DNA of 64,000 bases, taken from positions 56,544,001-56,608,000 of the forward strand of contig NC_043013.1 of NCBI RefSeq assembly GCF_006345805.1, written 5' to 3'. Position 1 is the stretch's first letter, and each line of letters starts with the position of its first letter. Shown here piece after piece: positions 1 through 12,613 of this stretch. The translations under genes were made by a program, and so were the position numbers. The notes below the pieces were generated by a model. It saw only the letters and a list, made by a program, of their open reading frames with translations. It was not told where the DNA came from and did no database searches. The stretch comes from Octopus sinensis (taxonomy: Eukaryota).

Positions 1-359
1 AAATATCATTTATTGTGTTTCTTGAGTGAGTGAGGAATACAGTGTCCAAGACCCTTTCTAGAGTTTGTGGGGCTGATGGTGGAAAGAGAAGAAGGCTGGA
101 ACCCTCACACCAAAGTCTTGGCTTCGATGCTTGCAATAGAAAGGATGCCATTAAAGAGACCGAAGAACCAGGTGGTGGCACTGAACTTGGTGATGAATCA
201 AATCTACCCCACCAAGATCCTTCCTCCCTCTCTCCCTCCCACCCTCGCTCCCTTCCTACACAGTACAGGTAACTTGTGTAAGAAAGCAGTCACCAGAAAC
301 GAATGAAAAACAACGTCTGTGATGCTTGTGACCTGCTGTAAGCCATCTCGTTTGTGGGG

Positions 360-550
360 AGGAAGGGAATGGAGGATGGCAGTGATAATGGTGAAGATAA
401 CAATGATGATGGTGATGATGATAATAATGAGACAATGATCCTGATAGCAATGATTATGGCACTGATTCTGATGAGGAAGATAATGATAATGTTATTAACG
501 ATGACGACAAGAATGAAGAATCTGCTGCAACTGCTACAGATGAAGATGGA
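360..550. repeat. Imperfect (GAT/GAA/AAT) trinucleotide low-complexity tract
   Basis: Runs of gatgat/aatgat/gaagaa; the ORFs here are D/N/H-rich artefacts. Confidence 0.8.
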
Positions 551-607
551 ATTTCTCTGAACTTTTTTTTATAATCAATATTACAACAATATTAAGTTAT
601 GGAAAGG

Positions 608-806
608 TGGGAAGCTGGCAGAAACGGTAGCAAAGTGCTAAGTGGCATTTCATCTGTCTTTACTTTCTGAGTTCAAATTCCACCAAGGTCGACTTTACCT
701 TTCATCCTTTCAGGGTTGATAAATTAAGTACATACTGGGGTCAACTAACCAACTGGCCCCTTGTCCCCCAAAATTTCAGGCCTTGTGCCTAGAGTAGAAA
801 TGAATA
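608..806 (+). mobile_element. tRNA-derived SINE, family A
   Basis: A-box-like agctggcagaa, B-box-like gagttcaaattcc, body gtcgactttacctttcatcc and tail aatttcaggccttgtgcctagagtagaa; related copies at ~45865, ~46385, ~62975, ~63180. Confidence 0.75.
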
Positions 807-1252
807 TTAAGTTATGGATGTATGTAGCTCATTTAGAAAAAGTTGATGGAATTAGTCAATGGATTACGTTAATTAGGATAGTATGCAAACATTTTAGAGT
901 AATTTATGGAGTTAAGGAACAATTGTAAAATTTAACAAAGAAAGGCGCTTCTATTTCTGGTGTTGTATTGCAGAGACGAGTGCTATGATGTGTTTGTGTT
1001 CTTTGTTTTAATGACTTGGACATAGAAATACATCTTAGAGATGGAGCAATCAAAAATAATCAATATAAGCTCAGGAACAGGAGGTACAGGAGCTGGGGCA
1101 CAAACACACCCTTAAAATTTTTGCTGGGCCATGAAAATGCTTTGAAAATCCCCGTGATAAAACAAATGATTGTCGCGACATTTTTTGTTTGATTTGGAAC
1201 ATCACTTTTCCATCATTAGATTCATATGATTTGACTGATGTCAAAATATAAA

Positions 1253-1328
<76 letters not shown>

Positions 1329-1336
1329 ATTATTAT
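1253..1336. repeat. (TAA)n followed directly by (TTA)n microsatellite
   Basis: Direct reading; the two tracts are reverse complements and abut. Confidence 0.95.
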
Positions 1337-1729
1337 CCTTGCCTTCGCACAGTTTCTAATGCTGGAGATGCACTATGGTGTTGGCTGTTCACTACCAGTG
1401 AACTAAGGTAACACCTCTGGTTTTTCAAGCACCTTCCGGAGTATTCGAGTGGTTCCAAGCAGTACTTTTTTCTGCAAGTGCTCCACTCTTATTGCAGCCC
1501 CTATTTGTTCCACACACTTCTCGAGATTTTTACTCATTGTAACCAGGGCTCCGACAATTATTGATACTACTACCACCTTTTTCATCGACCACATCTGCTT
1601 AACTTCCCAAGCTAACCTGTCATACCTATCGACTTTTCTTTCTTCCTTATCGCATACCTTGCTGTCAGCTGGGCTTGCTAAATCTGTGATTCAACATAGT
1701 TTCCTTTCTTTCTCAATTAATACTATGTC
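1337..1729 (-). mobile_element. R4/Dong-like REL non-LTR retrotransposon, 3' fragment (family B)
   Basis: Translates to DIVLIEKERKLC*ITDLASPAD...IIVGALVTMSKNLEK...HLQKKVLLGTTRILRKVLE, the PD-(D/E)xK endonuclease C-terminus; homologous to 58117-58832; (TTA)n on both sides. Confidence 0.8.
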
Positions 1730-1748
1730 TTATTATTATTATTATTAT

Positions 1749-3835
1749 CAGAGATTTAGGGACATCCTCATCAAGAAATTTGAAGAGAGGGAGGAGGAGC
1801 TACAGACGTCAGACATAGAAGGTAGCTGGAAATTCCTACGGGACAGCTTGCTGAGTGCCACAGACCAAGTTTATCGATGGTGCAAAGTCCCTTCCAGACC
1901 TAGAGTTACGTGGTGGTGGAATAGTGCAGTAGACAAAGTCATTAGTGCAAAGAGACGGGCCTGGAAAGCCTGGAGGGATGGGGGCAGCAGGGAACTGTAC
2001 CAGGTAGCCAAAAGGGAGGCTGGGCAGCAGGTATACATAGCCAAAGATGTAGCAGAAAAGAAGAAGTTTGCCAATGTCCAGCAACGTGAGGACCAAAGAA
2101 CTGAGGTATTTCGGATTGCTAGACAGTGTGTGAGAGAAAATAGTGATGTTACAGGAGAGATATGTGTCCGCATGGATGATGGGGCACTTGCTTTTAATGT
2201 CGGTGAAAAGAAAGAGGCTTGGAGAAGCCATTATGAGAGACTGCTGAATGAGGAGAATGAATGGGAGGAGGAGAGCCTGCCAAATGTTGACCCAGTAGAG
2301 GGACCAGCTACCCGAATAGACAGCTCCTTTGTAGTTAAGGCAATTAAGGATATGAAACCAAGTAGTGCCCCCGGCCCATCAGGAATCACTGCTGAGATGC
2401 TTAAAACAGCTGGCTATGTGGGCTATGGCCTAGTCACCCGCATTGTAAACCAGGTAGTTCATAATGGAGTCATACCCAATGACTGGCATAGCAGCACCAT
2501 AGTCAACTGCTACAAGGGTAAGGGTGATGCTCTAGATAGAAATAACTACAGGGGTATCAAACAGTTGGATCAGGTGATGAAGGTCACAGAGAGGGTCATA
2601 ACCTATCTCATTAGGGAGAGAATTTGCTTAGATGAGATGCAGTTCGGTTTTGTGCCAGGTAGAAGCACCACTGATGCTATATTACTGGTCCAACAACTGC
2701 AGGAGAAGTACCTAGTTAAAGATAAACCCCTCTACATAGCTTTTGTTGACTTGGAGAAAGCCTTTAGTAGTGGAGGTGGATGCTCAGAGTGTCACCACTA
2801 GAATACGAATAGCCTGGGCAAAGTTTAGAAAGCTCCTACCCCTACTGGCGACAAAGGGTCTCTCGCTCAGAGTGAAAGGTAGATTGTATGATGCATGTGT
2901 GCGAACTGCCATGCTTCACGGTAGTGAAACATGGGCTGTGACTGCAGAGGATATGCGTAGACTTGAAAGGAATGAAGCTAGCATGATCCGCTGGATGTGT
3001 AATGTCAGTGTGCCCGCACGACAGAGGGTAAGCACCCTGAGAGAAATGCTGGACATAAGAAGCATCAGATGTGGTATGCAAGAGCAACGCTTGCGATGGT
3101 ATGGTCATGTACTGCGGATGGATGAGGAGAGATGTGTGAAGAAGTGTCACTCCTAAACAGTTGAAGGTATCAGGGGGAGAGGAAGACCCAGGAAGATATG
3201 GGATGAGGTAGTCAAGCATGACCTCAGAGCGTTGGGCCTCACAGAGGCAATGACAAAGGACCGTGATCTCTGGAGATATGCTGTGACTGCAAAGACCCGG
3301 GCTGCTTCCTGCACCAGTCCCGCATAGCCCCAGCCCATTCAAAGTACCTTGGATTCCAGAACAACCCGCTGTGCTTGAGGAGACCTATTGAGTCAAGTAC
3401 ATGAACATGAACATCGAAATAAATATCAATGGAAATAGTAGTTGTGATACCTGTGCCGGTGGCACAAAAAAAGCACCATCTGAACGTGGCCGATGCCAGT
3501 GCCGCCTCAACTGGCTTCTGTGCTGGTGGCACATAAAAAGCCCCATCCAAATGTGGCCGATGCCAGCACAGCCTCGACTGGCTTCTGAGCCGGTGGCACG
3601 TTAAAAGCACCAACCGATCGTGGCCGATGCCAGACTCCCTTGGCACCTGTGCCGGTAGCACGTAAAAAGCTCCCACTACACTCACGGAGTGGTTGGCGTT
3701 AGGAAGGGCATCCAGCTGTAGAAACACTGCCAGATCAGACTGGAGCCTGGTGTAGCCCCTGGCTTCCCAGACTCCGGTCGAACCGCCCAACCCGTGCTAG
3801 TGCGGGAAACGGACGTTACACGATGATGATGATGA
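1749..3835 (+). mobile_element. RTE-clade LINE, 5'-truncated, internal RT deletion, complete 3' UTR with (GAT)n tail
   Basis: ORF 1449-2801 has PGPSGIT, YKGKGD, NYRGI, QFGFVPGRSTTDAI, AFVDLEKAF; ORF 2743-3156 has MLHGSETW and LRWYGHV; DLEKAF is joined directly to SSGGGC, then a frameshift; 4 tandem 3' UTR units at 3450-3670. Confidence 0.92.
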
Positions 3836-3938
3836 TTATGATTATCATTATTATTATTATTATATTATTATTATTATTATTATTATATATTATTATTATT
3901 ATTATTATTATATTATTATTATTATTATTATTATTATT
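3836..3938. repeat. (ATT)n microsatellite
   Basis: Direct reading; flanks the 3' end of the Dong-like element. Confidence 0.95.
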
Positions 3939-6900
3939 CTATGTTTGACTTTTGCTTTATATTTGTACAAGTTGGCTCCAAGTCTCACCCAGAGACCTCA
4001 AGAGACAACAGGGTTGGAAGTTCATGTTGTTGTTATGCCTAGTGTGCCATATATTTTTTGGGGGGGGGTTGTACTAATGAATGTCTAAAAAAAGTTGTTT
4101 TTTTTTTTTTTTTTTGTAAACCGAAAATTATGTTTGTTTTAAACCTTGAGATTACATAGAAAGTATTTTGCGTAGGATATGAGCAGTTCCCATGAGCACT
4201 ATCTTTTGAATTTTTGCCATTTTGGGGTTTCCTGGTATCTGAGTTGGGTAGCAATCAGCCCCTTTTGCTATCATTCCCAGGGCACCTATGACAACAGGTA
4301 TTGTTTTAGTCTTCTGGTTCCACATTTTGCTGATTTCTATTTCAAGATCTTTATATTTGCTCAGTTTTTGGTAGGTCTTGACAGATACGTTTATATCGAT
4401 TGGGACAGTCATATCAATGAGGAGGCATGTTCTTTGTTTGAAGTCTTTCAATATGATGTCTGGCCTATTTGCATCTATCTTTCTGTCAGTTTGAATGGTG
4501 AAGTTCCAGAGGAGTGAGATGTGGTCATTTTCAAGCACTGGGGGTGGTTTGTGTTCCCACCAGTTTTTTTCATGGGGCAAATCCAGATTTTTGCAGATTA
4601 CCCAGTGAATATATTGTGCAGCTCTATAGTGCCTGTTGAGATACTCTGTAGGCGCTAGAAGACTGCACTTGGAGACCACATGGTCAATGGTTTCATTTTG
4701 TTGCTTGCATACACGACACGTTGGACTGCTTCAGATCTTTAATATGTTGGCCTGGTAGTTTCTTGTTGGTAGGCATTGATCTTGAGCTGCTATGATAAAC
4801 CCCTCTGTTTCAGATTTTAAGCCAGAGGCCATTAGCCATTGATGGGTCAGGGCTTTGTCAACATCTGCATTATTTGCTCTCTTTGGGTATTTGCCATAGA
4901 GAGGTTTTTCTTGCCATTTATCATTCAGAATATCTAAGGCCGCAGATTTAGCACGGGTTTTCATGCGCTTAGCTTTTTCTGTGCCTGTTTCTTGTATGTC
5001 TATCTCTAATTCCGAAATTTGTTGTATTCGGAATTCACTTAGATATTCCTTTGCCTGTTTTGTTACTGAGTATGATGCTTTCTTGTTTTCATGTTTTGAG
5101 ACAAGTTTTTAACATCCAGTCCTCAGAGTTTTTCAGATAGGTGTCTAGGCCAATTGTAGCAATCTTCATTGTTATTGCCAGTTGTAAAAGTCCACAGCCT
5201 CCCTCTTTTCTTGACAGATAAAGTCGTTCTGTATCTGCCTTAGGGTGGTGCATTCTATGCATTGTCAACAGTTTTCATATTTTTCTGTCAAGATTACATA
5301 TTTCAGTAATTGACCAGTTAACGATATTGAAACTGTAAGTCACAACTGGTATGGCTAAAGCATTGATCGCTTCAATCCTGTTTCTTGCATTCAGCTCTGT
5401 CTTGAGTATTGTTCTCACTCTTCGATAGCATTCTCTCCTGATCCTTTCCTTCATCTCTGTATGCCTTATTCCGTACCCTTCAATTACCCTTAGGTACTTG
5501 TAGCTCTCCGCTGGGTCTAGTTCTTTTATGACATTCTGCTGGTCAAGGTTAACGTTAGATGTTTCTGTCATTTTTCCTTTGATAAAGGTAGCTTTTGCAC
5601 ACTTATCGAAGCCAAATTGCATTCTGATGTCATTACTGAATTGTTTAACAATCGCTAGTAAGCCCTTGAGTTGTTGGTCATTTTTTGCAAAGAGCTTTAA
5701 ATCATCCATGTAAATGAGATGATTTATATTTTTATCAAGCATTTTATATCCGTACTGCACATCATTGAGCAGTTTTGAGAGAGGTATTAAGGCTAAACAG
5801 AAGAGGAGCGGTGATAGTGAGTCACCCTGGAAAATGCCACATGAGATTTTTACATCACCAGCATTTAGAGATTCATTGTCACTGTTCAGAGTTAGTGTGG
5901 TTCCTCCATGATCTCATACTTACAGACAAAAAGTTTCGCAGAGCAGGTGCTATCTTATACATTTCTAGGCATTTATTAATCCAGCTATGTGGTAGGCTAT
6001 CAAAAGCCTTTTTATAGTCTATCCAGGCTATTGATAAGTTTTTGTGTCGTTTGTGACAATCTTCTAAGATCATCTTATTGATGAGTAGTTGATCTTTACA
6101 ACCGTAGGATCCAAGTTTACATCCTTTCTGTTCATTAGGGAATATGCTGCTGTCTGTCAAAAAACTATAGGTATATTCCGTCAGGACAGATGTTAGTGTT
6201 TTATACATAGTTGTTAAGCAGGTTATGGGTCTATAGTTTTTGGGTTCATTTGTTTCTTCACTTTTTGTAAGCAGGAATGTTAACCCATTAACTAGCCAAG
6301 GAGGCATCCTACTAGGGTGTTGCAAAACATCATTGTACAGTTCTGTTAGCAGTTCATGGCTCTCTGGGAAGGCATTCAACCAAAAGTTAGGGATTTTATC
6401 CTTTCCTGAAGACTTCCATTTGCTTGACCTCCTGAGAGCAGATCTTATATCTTCTACCTTGACACCTTCCCACTTTTGCTCTTCTAAGGAGTCCAGTTCT
6501 TTAGATATTCTATCAATCCAGGGGGCCTTTTCGCTGTGTGTTTTTTCTTCTGCCCAAATTTTATTCCAAAATCCCTGCACTTCTTCTTTTGATGGTACAG
6601 ACTTTACAGTAACTGTTGTTTTTCCTATCTTTCTGTAAAAACTTTCGGGGTTATTTTTGAACATGTTGTTGTCCCTGAAGAATCTAATACGCTTTTCATA
6701 CCTCGCTATGCGGGCAGCTTTAGCAGATACCTTTTGCTTGATGGTTTCTATGGTGGCATCAATATCAAGTATAGTTTTTATATTATATTTTTTCATTAGT
6801 TTTGGGGTTTTTGCAGGTTTGCTAGTCTTATGAACCTTAAGGTTTTTCAAATATTCAATGTCAGATCTAAATAGTTTAATTTGTTGATGCAAACGTTCTT

Positions 6901-6997
6901 GCCAAGAAGGCTTTTTGTGGAAATGTTGCCGTTTTCTAATCTTTTCACCACATAGGATTGTTGAGATTTTCGCAGATGCATAGTATAGGTGGTTGAG
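3939..6997 (-). mobile_element. R4/Dong-clade REL non-LTR retrotransposon (family A), 5'-truncated, few disablements
   Basis: RT (NYRPITCL, EQKGC, AWIDYKKAFDS, GIFQGDSLSPLLF in shifted frame, LIYMDDLKLFA), CCHC knuckle region (CRVCKQQNETIDHVVSKC read across frames), REL motif RPDIILKDFKQRTCLLIDMTVP...KYKDL...PVVIGALG; ~210-bp 3' UTR; TAA repeats on both sides. Confidence 0.93.
4152..6892 (-). pseudogene. Disrupted RT + CCHC + REL endonuclease ORF of the Dong-like element
   Basis: ORF pieces 5879-6892, 5275-5760, 4731-4964, 4152-4679, separated by a frameshift near 5905 and stop codons (e.g. TGA at ~5275). Confidence 0.9.
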
Positions 6998-7134
<137 letters not shown>

Positions 7135-7744
7135 CCTGCCTTTGTTTTGATATCAAAATTGAAAAGAAATCGCCCTTATTTGTAAAACAATTTGGGCCTG
7201 TGTTTGCAAGCCCTAAGCAAATTTTGTTCCCATACAAACAATAATCCAACTTATGGTATTCAGTGGAAGCAAACGTCTCTACAGATTTCTGGCACATTAC
7301 AGATGTGGTGAGTAATTGTTTTTATTTGTTACTTAGTTTTTATCTACCAAAGTAAGTGAACTTCATATATTTACAGCAAGATGAACGAGGCCATCCATTC
7401 TTGTCCCTTGTCACATTGATTGATACAATGTCACAAACATACCATGAATAGTCTTGGACTGTGCCTGGAACTCATATACCTAATCCATTAGACCATCTGA
7501 CAGGATTCTCACATAATTTCTTCCCACCATATTTAACTCATAAGAATCTACTTGAGTCAAAATTATGGAGAAATGAGAAGATAAAGAAAAGTCGACCAAA
7601 GTATTGCACAACTGGATTGAACTCAGTATCTCGTGGTTGGAAAGCAAACGTCTTACCTGCTCAGCATTACAGAAGAAATATATAACAGAGTTCTACAAAA
7701 GTATCAGTTTTGTGAGGGACATAAATCTAATCTGTTATAATTCA

Positions 7745-7875
7745 GGTTGTGTGGTAAGGGGTTTGCAGCCAGGCCACATGGTTCTAGGTTCAATCCCATT
7801 CAGTATCTCCTGGAGCAAGTGTCTTCCACTATAACCTTAAGCCAACCAAAACCTTGTGAGTGGATTTGGTACATG
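7745..7875 (+). mobile_element. tRNA-derived SINE, family B (degenerate), followed by (GT)n
   Basis: ggttcaatccc B-box-like, gcaagtgtcttccactata...ccttgtgagtggatttggta; homologous to 60765-60920. Confidence 0.65.
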
Positions 7876-7876
7876 A

Positions 7877-7921
<45 letters not shown>

Positions 7922-8147
7922 TATCTGTGTTTGTGTCTGTTTGCTCTTGACAACCAGTGTTGGTTTGTTTACATCCCTGTGGCATAGTGGTTCAGCAAAA
8001 GAAACTGATAGAATATGTACCAGGCTTAAAAAAGAAAACAAAACAAAACAATTGTGGTTGTTTCATTCAACTAACATTTTTACTGTGCTGCCCCAGCATG
8101 GCCACAGACTAATGACCTAAACAAGTAAAAGATAAAAGATATGTATT

Positions 8148-8190
<43 letters not shown>

Positions 8191-8192
<2 letters not shown>

Positions 8193-8434
8193 TCATCATC
8201 ATCATCATCGTTTAACGTCCGTTTTCCGCACTAGCACGGGTTGGACGGTTTCGACCGGGGTCTGGGGAGCTCGGGACTGCCCCAGGCTCCAGTCTAGTCT
8301 GGCAGTGTTTCTACAGCTGGATGCCCTTCCTAACGCCAACCACTCCGTGAGTGTAGTGGGTGTTTTTTACGTGCCACCTGCACAGGTGCCAGACGGGTCT
8401 GGCATCGGCCACGTTCGGATGGTGCTTTTTATGT
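8191..8434 (-). mobile_element. RTE LINE 3' tail (one UTR repeat unit plus terminal segment and (GAT)n)
   Basis: catcat...cgtttaacgtccgttttcc...ggatgcccttcctaacgccaaccactcc; same sequence as the 3' ends at 3670-3835 and 33590-33756. Confidence 0.88.
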
Positions 8435-8705
8435 GGGGGGGGGGTATAGAAATATATAGGGGAGCACCAGTGGGGAGGGGTGGTTCAGAGAAATGATGAC
8501 AGGTTCTAGGCAAGTAGAACGTAGGATATCAAGAGAGGGGTAATGCATGGTGAAATAGCGTGTTGAAGAGGGGGGTTCGAAGAGTAGACACCTATAATGG
8601 TGGTGGGAGAAGCGACATCCGGTATAGATGGAACAAAAATATAGAGATATCCGGTATTGGTGGTGGGGTTGGGCAAGGGTGGGGTTGGGCAAGGGCGGGT
8701 GCACC

Positions 8706-11196
8706 GGGAATATGCGAAGGTTGAACTTTAGAGAAACGGGCGGGAATGGCGATGTTTTTTAGGGTGGCATGTAGAAAGAAAAGGAAAGCAAAGCAGATTG
8801 GTGGTTATAAGTTCAAAACATTTAAACGGTAGACAAATGTATGTATGTATGAAATAGAAGGGAGAAATCTTAGCCTGCTCATGGACATCGCTGCAAGTCA
8901 GGGGAAGAAATGATAGTGAATGGTGGAGATCGAATTAAAGGGAATATGCGAAGGTTGAACTTTAGAGAAACGGGCGGGAATGGCGATGTTTTTTAGGGTG
9001 GCATGTAGAAAGAAAAGGAAAGCAAAGCAGATTGGTGGTTATAAGTTCAAAACATTTAAACGGTAGACAAATGTATGTATGTATGAAATAGAAGGGAGAA
9101 ATCTTAGCCTGCTCATGGACATCGCTGCAAGTCAGGGGAAGAAGAAATGATAGTGAATGGTGGAGATCGAATTAAAGGAATATGCGAAGGTTGAACTTTA
9201 GAGAAACGGGCGGGAATGGCGATGTTTTTTAGGGTGGCATGTAGAAAGAAAAGGAAAGCAAAGCAGATTGGTGGTTATAAGTTCAAAACATTTAAACGGT
9301 AGACAAATGTATGTATGTATGAAATAGAAGGGAGAAATCTTAGCCTGCTCATGGACATCGCTGCAAGTCAGGGGAAGAAATGATAGTGAATGGTGGAGAT
9401 CGAATTAAAGGGAATATGCGAAGGTTGAACTTTAGAGAAACGGGCGGGAATGGCGATGTTTTTTAGGGTGGCATGTAGAAAGAAAAGGAAAGCAAAGCAG
9501 ATTGGTGGTTATAAGTTCAAAACATTTAAACGGTAGACAAATGTATGTATGTATGAAATAGAAAGGAGAAATCTTAGCCTGCTCATGGACATCGCTGCAA
9601 GTCAGGGGAAGAAATGATAGTGAATGGTGGAGATCGAATTAAAGGGAATATGCGAAGGTTGAACTTTAGAGAAACGGGCGGGAATGGCGATGTTTTTTAG
9701 GGTGGCATGTAGAAAGAAAAGGAAAGCAAAGCAGATTGGTGGTTATAAGTTCAAAACATTTAAACGGTAGACAAATGTATGTATGTATGAAATAGAAGGG
9801 AGAAATCTTAGCCTGCTCATGGACATCGCTGCAAGTCAGGGGAAGAAATGATAGTGAATGGTGGAGATCGAATTAAAGGGAATATGCGAAGGTTGAACTT
9901 TAGAGAAACGGGCGGGAATGGCGATGTTTTTTAGGGTGGCATGTAGAAAGAAAAGGAAAGCAAAGCAGATTGGTGGTTATAAGTTCAAAACATTTAAACG
10001 GTAGACAAATGTATGTATGTATGAAATAGAAGGGAGAAATCTTAGCCTGCTCATGGACATCGCTGCAAGTCAGGGGAAGAAATGATAGTGAATGGTGGAG
10101 ATCGAATTAAAGGGAATATGCGAAGGTTGAACTTTAGAGAAACGGGCGGGAATGGCGATGTTTTTTAGGGTGGCATGTAGAAAGAAAAGGAAGCAAAGCA
10201 GATTGGTGGTTATAAGTTCAAAACATTTAAACGGTAGACAAATGTATGTATGTATGAAATAGAAGGGAGAAATCTTAGCCTGCTCATGGACATCGCTGCA
10301 AGTCAGGGGAAGAAATGATAGTGAATGGTGGAGATCGAATTAAAGGGAATATGCGAAGGTTGAACTTTAGAGAAACGGGCGGGAATGGCGATGTTTTTTA
10401 GGGTGGCATGTAGAAAGAAAAGGAAAGCAAAGCAGATTGGTGGTTATAAGTTCAAAACATTTAAACGGTAGACAAATGTATGTATGTATGAAATAGAAGG
10501 GAGAAATCTTAGCCTGCTCATGGACATCGCTGCAAGTCAGGGGAAGAAAGAAATGATAGTGAATGGTGGAGATCGAATTAAAGGGAATATGCGAAGGTTG
10601 AACTTTAGAGAAACGGGCGGGAATGGCGATGTTTTTTAGGGTGGCATGTAGAAAGAAAAGGAAAGCAAAGCAGATTGGTGGTTATAAGTTCAAAACATTT
10701 AAACGGTAGACAAATGTATGTATGTATGAAATAGAAGGGAGAAATCTTAGCCTGCTCATGGACATCGCTGCAAGTCAGGGGAAGAAGAAATGATAGTGAA
10801 TGGTGGAGATCGAATTAAAGGGAATATGCGAAGTTGAACTTTAGAGAAACGGGCGGGAATGGCGATGTTTTTTAGGGTGGCATGTAGAAAGAAAAGGAAA
10901 GCAAAGCAGATTGGTGGTTATAAGTTCAAAACATTTAAACAGTAGACAAATGTATGTATGTATGAAATAGAAGGGAGAAATCTTAGCCTGCTCATGGACA
11001 TCGCTGCAAGTCAGGGGAAGAAATGATAGTGAATGGTGGAGATCGAGATCGAATAAAGGGAATATGCGAAGGTTGAACTTTAGAGAAACGGGCGGGAATG
11101 GCGATGTTTTTTAGGGTGGCATGTAGAAAGAAAAGGAAAGCAAAGCAGATTGGTGGTTATAAGTTCAAAACATTTAAACGGTAGACAAATGTATGT
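8706..11196. repeat. Tandem array, 234-bp unit, ~10.6 copies, near-identical
   Basis: Anchor tatgcgaag recurs at 8711, 8945, 9181, 9415, 9649, 9883, 10117, 10350, 10588, 10825, 11063 (period 233-238). Confidence 0.97.
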
Positions 11197-11197
11197 A

Positions 11198-11246
<49 letters not shown>

Positions 11247-11997
11247 CATGTGTGTGTGTGTGTAAAAGTAGCAATAAGTATATGATAAAGGAGACCTGAC
11301 CCACTGATTCAACACTCAATTTGCTTTACTCTTAAACAAGTTTCTTAACTCTGCTTCTTATGGTTTGCCTGTTTGAAACAAATAAGTGCCGTTCCTACTT
11401 CATAGTTCAATACTTAGGAAAAGCATATCCAGTTGTAAAAGAAATTTCTGCAACAAACAAAAAGTTCTATTTGACCATTTCACCTTATAATGTCTAAATT
11501 ATTAATATGCAGAAAAAGAAAAAATATTATTGGCAAGTCTAAAAGCAAAACAGAAAAAGTTGCCACAGCTGCCAGATATTATAATTGCCTGCATGCAATA
11601 ATGGTGTTGAATCCTAAAGAATCTGTAGAGCTTGGACAAGCTTTTGGTTTTGTCATTTTATATATTTCTTATTTGTTTGTTTTCTTTTTTGTCTTCTGTA
11701 AGATCATATTGGTTGAAGCATCATGAATTATTAACAAAAGGCATCATAGGGTTAAAAATAGAAGAATAACAGCCGAGTAATATAAAAATAAACTGTATTA
11801 TTGTATACATGTCTACAGGCACATGCACACTCACACACATACACACACACATATGTTCACATGGATATGTGTAGATATGTACGTTTATATACATATATGT
11901 GTGTAGATGTGTTGTGTGTGAGTGTATTTGAGTTTGTGCACATTTAAGTATATATCTATATATAAATATAAATGTACATATGTCTGTTTTTCTTTCT

Positions 11998-12011
11998 ACC
12001 TACCTACCTAC

Positions 12012-12085
<74 letters not shown>

Positions 12086-12112
12086 GTCTGTCTGTCTCTT
12101 TCTTTCTTTCTT
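11998..12112. repeat. Compound tetranucleotide microsatellite (ACCT)(ATCT)n(GTCT)(CTTT)
   Basis: Direct reading. Confidence 0.95.
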
Positions 12113-12254
12113 CACTTACAGCTGTTTCAATTATTACTCAGTAAATATTAAGCAAATATTAAATTTATATTTATGACCTAAGCTTATTTGTATGACCCTT
12201 GGATGTTTTATGTGCTTATGAAATCATTTTAACAGACTATAATATATATATATA

Positions 12255-12567
12255 TATACATACATATGTGCTGGACTCTCCCATCAGAGATGATGTATGA
12301 GCGTCCAGCTTTTGCTGAATGACCTGCACAAATGCTTTGCTTACAGTGATCAAATATTCATGGTGTCCACTAGCTCACTCTCCCCATGAAACTGACATTG
12401 CCAGAAGAGGTACACCAGGTACCACAGATTAAGTGTTTGAAGTAATCGCAGTGCAACATCAGATGAAGTGTTTTGCTCAAGAACACAATGCACGACTCAG
12501 TCGAGGAACTGAAATCGTGATCTGACAATCATGAGCGCAACACCTAAACCCACAAGGCCATCTGCCC

Positions 12568-12570
<3 letters not shown>
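12255..12570 (-). mobile_element. tRNA-derived SINE, family C-like (degenerate)
   Basis: Reverse-strand head gcagatggccttgtgggtttaggtg..., tgtgttcttgagcaaaacacttcat; related to 28481-28812. Confidence 0.6.

Positions 12571-12609
<39 letters not shown>

Positions 12610-12613
<4 letters not shown>

Noticed and set aside
8740-8760. GGGAATGGCGATG resembles the 3' part of the HDV ribozyme
   Set aside because: Could not build the P1/P2/P3 nested pseudoknot upstream; likely coincidence
8706-11196. CRISPR array or protein-coding repeat (234 = 78 codons)
   Set aside because: Units are identical with no spacers; no ORF of 60 aa or more lies inside the array; indels break the frame
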